Source: an uncultured delta proteobacterium
GTDB taxonomy: Bacteria > Desulfobacterota > Binatia > JACPRU01
Direction: 5' to 3'
DNA length: 64,000 bases
Assembly (NCBI GenBank): GCA_963745025.1
Contig: CAVUWD010000005.1
Span: 32,001 to 96,000, forward strand
Part shown: positions 60,874 through 64,000 of the stretch, piece by piece
How the letters are laid out: each line of letters opens with the position of its first letter
How positions within the stretch are numbered: the first letter of the stretch is position 1
Made by a program: the position numbers and the translations under genes
Notes under the pieces: model-generated
What the model was told of the DNA's origin: nothing
The model's input: only the letters and a program-made list of their open reading frames with translations
Databases searched by the model: none

Positions 60874-61229
60874 GACCTCGTGGTTAGCCTCCCCGAAGCC
60901 GCGACGCAAGGCCAGCGCCCAGAGCGAAGTCGCTCCGACTTTGCGGTGCCACGTCGCCGCCGGATAGATCCTTCGTCGCGCCGATCAAATCGACGCGCTG
61001 CTCGCAGGCTGAGTCGGCCACCGATCCGAAACAAGGGCGCACTACGAAGTTAAGAAGTTATACGAAGCACGAAACTAGCTCTCCCGGGAACGTAATGCAC
61101 TCCGGATCTTGCTCTCGAATTTGTCGCGCAGATGCTCGCCGGCGTCGCCCTCGCGAATCGACGCCGCCTCACCGAGGCTCTCTGCAAAACTTGGGGTACA
61201 CCCGAAAGAACGAGCCTGAGCAGCTCGCG

Positions 61230-62243
61230 TCACCCCGGTCGGGCCGCCGCGGCGCGCGCGCGTGCCACCATGAATGCGATGGTGTCGCTCATGCCGACCG
61301 GCTCGAGCGTCACGTGCGGATGGGACCCAGAAAAGACACGGAAGACCTCGTCGCAGAAGCCCTGCCCCACGACCTCCACCCCCGAGAAGTCGAGCGTGAC
61401 GTGCGTGAAGTCGGTCAGCCGGGCAACCAGCCGCTTTGCCTCCGATCGGGAAACGAGCACGGTGCCGACGGCGGCAAGTTTGATCGTCGCACGGGTGCGG
61501 GTAAACCGCAGGGTCTCGGGATCCGTGTAGGCGGCAAACACGTCCTCGAGCCGCGGCACGTGCCCCGAGACGACCTCGAGCGTCACACGCGTACCCCGCC
61601 GCACCTCGCTCGGGCCGATGCCGCTGTCCTTCACGTCGTTGTCCACGATCCAGGCGATCCCTTGGCTCTCCAGCCGAAAACGCGTGACGGCCTTGGAGGA
61701 GAAGAACAGGCCCTCGCCGCTGTGCCGTGACGGATCGCTGGTGAGCTTGCCCTTCTCGAGCTGGACGATGGCTTCGCGGGGCGTGGCGTAGCCGAAATCG
61801 TCACACACCCGCCGAAACACCCCGATCCCGTCGTCCTGCACCGTCGTGACAGTCGTTCCACCCCCCTCGAACGCGACGCCGACCTCGACCGCTCGTCCGC
61901 CCGAGTGATCGACGGCGTTGTTGACGATCTCCGACGCGGCATACGCGAGACTGTGCGCCGCATCGGGGTCGAGCGGGCGAATGCGCGCGATCTCCGAGGC
62001 CACGTTCTGCCAGACCAGATGCTCGTCGAGCCCCTGCCGGCGAAAGCGACGGCGTAGCGCCCGCAAACGATATTGCGCCGCCCGACCCTTCCCGTGGCGT
62101 TGGAGCACGCCCCCGAGGACGAGTGCCTGGAGGAGCCGATGCGCCGTGGCGGGGGAGATGCGCAGGGCGGCCGCCACGTGGCGATTCTGAACGACGCCGC
62201 GACGGTCGACGAGCCGCCGCAGGCGCTCGGCGGGGGTCACCAT
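61230..62243 (-). CDS. HTH + HATPase-like + STAS-like (DUF4325) protein
   Basis: VAAALRISPATAHRLL; SEIVNNAVDHS, DDGIG, HSGEGLFF; LVSRSEAKR, LDFSGVEVVGQGFCDEVFR. Confidence 0.88.
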   Translation of the reverse strand: MVTPAERLRRLVDRRGVVQNRHVAAALRISPATAHRLLQALVLGGVLQRHGKGRAAQYRLRALRRRFRRQGLDEHLVWQNVASEIARIRPLDPDAAHSLAYAASEIVNNAVDHSGGRAVEVGVAFEGGGTTVTTVQDDGIGVFRRVCDDFGYATPREAIVQLEKGKLTSDPSRHSGEGLFFSSKAVTRFRLESQGIAWIVDNDVKDSGIGPSEVRRGTRVTLEVVSGHVPRLEDVFAAYTDPETLRFTRTRATIKLAAVGTVLVSRSEAKRLVARLTDFTHVTLDFSGVEVVGQGFCDEVFRVFSGSHPHVTLEPVGMSDTIAFMVARARAAAARPG

Positions 62244-62250
62244 GGACGCG

Positions 62251-62285
62251 ATACTAATAGAATCACCTCATAATGTCGAGGTGAT
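62251..62285 (-). promoter_or_regulatory. Sigma70 promoter with overlapping palindromic operator; probably leaderless
   Basis: Minus strand TCGACA-N17-TAGTAT, 7 nt before ATG 62243; inverted repeat ATCACCTC-N8-GAGGTGAT (62262-62285). Confidence 0.72.
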
Positions 62286-62295
62286 ATAAGGGGAA

Positions 62296-63024
62296 TCATC
62301 TCACGGCCCGTGGGCTTACCACGGGATCGTCTCGGCATGCGGCGGCGACTCCAGCGTAGAGCAGCATCACCAGCCACGCGACGGCGTTGCCGGCCGATAG
62401 CGCTGCCCGCGCCGGGATCGAAGCGAGGCCGGCGACGACCATTAGCCCACCGGCGACGCACACGGCACCAGCGAAACGAGCGACCGAACTCCCACGCGCA
62501 AACATTGCGACACCGGCGCAGATACACAGCACGGCAAGGGCAAGGAACTTCCCGGTGCTGCCGATCGCCAGGAGCGTGAGCGACGTGGGACTGCCCGGTA
62601 GCTCCGACGTGATCCGCAACTGCGTCGCGGTCTCGAGCACGTCGAAGGTGAGCGCGGCCCCGACGCAGGCGAGCCCGATGCGGGCCACACCCGCCCCCGC
62701 CCGCAGCAAGGCGACAAAGAAGCATGCGAGGAAAGCGCTGTAGGTGGCGATGAAACCGACGAGGTCGACGGTGTTCGCCCGGTCCATCGCCGCGATCATC
62801 GATGCCCGGCACGGATCTCCGGCAGCACCAAAGACCGCCTCGATGTCAGCCGGTGTGCGCGACAGCTGGTATGTGAGCAGCGCCGACACCCCGGCCGGGA
62901 GCGGGCCGCTGCACGTCGCAGTTGGAATGACCCCGCCAAACCACACGACGAAGGCGATGACGCCCACACCAAAAAGCGCGCAGAGCACCCACCAGCGTCG
63001 CGATTGGTCGCTCGTCGTCGTCGT
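62296..63024 (-). CDS. Hypothetical membrane protein (about 6 TM); start uncertain
   Basis: Several hydrophobic segments, DLVGFIATYS, FDVLET; frame open upstream of GTG 62988. Confidence 0.7.
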   Translation of the reverse strand, partial: TTTTSDQSRRWWVLCALFGVGVIAFVVWFGGVIPTATCSGPLPAGVSALLTYQLSRTPADIEAVFGAAGDPCRASMIAAMDRANTVDLVGFIATYSAFLACFFVALLRAGAGVARIGLACVGAALTFDVLETATQLRITSELPGSPTSLTLLAIGSTGKFLALAVLCICAGVAMFARGSSVARFAGAVCVAGGLMVVAGLASIPARAALSAGNAVAWLVMLLYAGVAAACRDDPVVSPRAVR

Positions 63025-63231
63025 GTCGGCTTCCCCCTACCCTCAGGGTGTGCCCCGGAGCGGGAGAAAAAATCAACCACCGATGTTGTCTCAGTTTGGT
63101 GAATCGCCCCGGGTTTCCCGGAGATCTTGGGCTGCCCGAGCCTGGACCGCTCCTTGCCGTGCGGGGGCTCGCGAGCGTGCGCCCCTCGGGGTCCTTGAAC
63201 CCCGGGCCCCGCAAATGGCATCTTGCGCGCG

Positions 63232-64000
63232 ATGGCGGACCCGCACGCAGGACCGTACGATCACGTCGTCTTCTTGCACATTCAAAAGACGGCGGGGACG
63301 TCTCTTTTCAGGATGCTGGTGGAGCGCCTCGGCAAGCCGGCGATCTCACACGGCGATTTTCTCCGCTACCAGCCGACGGACCTCGCCCCGTTCCGGCTCA
63401 TCGCGGGACACTTCGGATACGAGTACCTGCGGGCGATACCCGGTCGCAACTTCACCTTCACGTTCCTGCGCGAGCCCGTGGATCGAGTCGTTTCGCTGTA
63501 CCATTTCATGCAGAACCGGGATCCGAAGGAGTACGAGATCTATAAGCTCGCCCAGCAGATGAGCTTCAGCGAGTTCGTCCGCTCCGAGCACCCCGTCGTG
63601 AGCGCGCACATCGACGACGCGCAGGTGTGGCAGCTGGCGCACGGTTGGCCGGACGGGCAATGGCAACCGACGCGCGAGGAGCTACTCGCGCGGGCGGTCG
63701 CGAACCTCGAGACCCTCTGCTTCTTCGGATTCCAGGAGACGTTCGACGGCGACGTGGTCGAATTGGCGCGGTGCCTCGGCTTGGAGATCTCACCGCATCA
63801 GCTGTCGCGCTACAACCGCTCCGAACGCCCCGCGGTGGACGCCTTGCCGACCGACGTCGTCGAGGTGATCCGTCGGCGCACTGCGCTCGATCGGCGGCTC
63901 TACGAAGGCGCCCTCGCACGGCGCGGCGCCCGGGCGGGGCGCCGGCGCCTGGAGATCGGCGCGCTTCGCCAAGGGCTCGGGTGCGCAATTGTCGCGCTGG
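63232..64000 (+). CDS. Sulfotransferase family 2 protein (partial, runs off window end)
   Basis: Manual translation: VFLHIQKTAGTS (5'-PSB), GHFGY, FTFLREPVDRVVSLY (3'-PB), LDRRLY. Confidence 0.88.
   Translation, partial: MADPHAGPYDHVVFLHIQKTAGTSLFRMLVERLGKPAISHGDFLRYQPTDLAPFRLIAGHFGYEYLRAIPGRNFTFTFLREPVDRVVSLYHFMQNRDPKEYEIYKLAQQMSFSEFVRSEHPVVSAHIDDAQVWQLAHGWPDGQWQPTREELLARAVANLETLCFFGFQETFDGDVVELARCLGLEISPHQLSRYNRSERPAVDALPTDVVEVIRRRTALDRRLYEGALARRGARAGRRRLEIGALRQGLGCAIVAL

Noticed and set aside
60880-61100. Riboswitch or ncRNA upstream of the rhodanese gene
   Set aside because: No recognisable consensus by eye; needs an Rfam scan
63060-63105. IS terminal repeat (TGTCTCAGTTTG in an AT-rich patch)
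   Set aside because: No partner end or transposase in the window
1-64000. Many long overlapping or antisense ORFs (e.g. 1446-3134, 13652-15703, 40649-43414, 54723-56630)
   Set aside because: Shadow frames of high-GC genes; Arg/Ala/Pro-rich and without recognisable motifs

Overview
High-GC (roughly 70%) bacterial chromosomal window, gene-dense and mostly metabolic. The gene mix (LLM oxidoreductase, enoyl-CoA hydratases, class III CoA-transferase, Omp85, TolC, MltA) indicates a diderm, possibly Binatia/deltaproteobacteria-like; taxonomy is inferred only. No rRNA, tRNA, CRISPR array, integrase or transposase was recognised. Main points: (1) Two genes are split by the ORF caller at an in-frame TGA that sits at a Cys position and is followed by a SECIS-like hairpin: an AhpD-like peroxidase (CxxU, 1419-2012) and an exported rhodanese (CxxxxU, 60469-60873). 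A decayed second AhpD copy keeps its TGA and hairpin. (2) A 9.5 kb island (26420-35934) is bracketed by a ~280 bp direct repeat and has no recombinase. It carries a lipid kinase / CDP-activation / CDP-alcohol transferase / reductase operon, a GNAT-like gene plus a membrane-protein gene, two Cys-rich orphans and an HTH-TPR regulator. A TGTCGC motif abuts the predicted -35 of three island promoters, and two of them carry the full GCGACA-N19-TGTCGC site. This is the best candidate for an undescribed regulated lipid-biosynthesis system. (3) Junction scars are built from short gene fragments. (4) An ArnT-AsnB-GT2 envelope-modification module and a RavA/ViaA-like AAA-small protein-VWA operon are present. 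Two blocks (~42.0-44.5 kb and ~49.2-54.6 kb) are full of frameshifts that look like sequencing/consensus errors. All calls come from reading motifs by eye; no searches were run.
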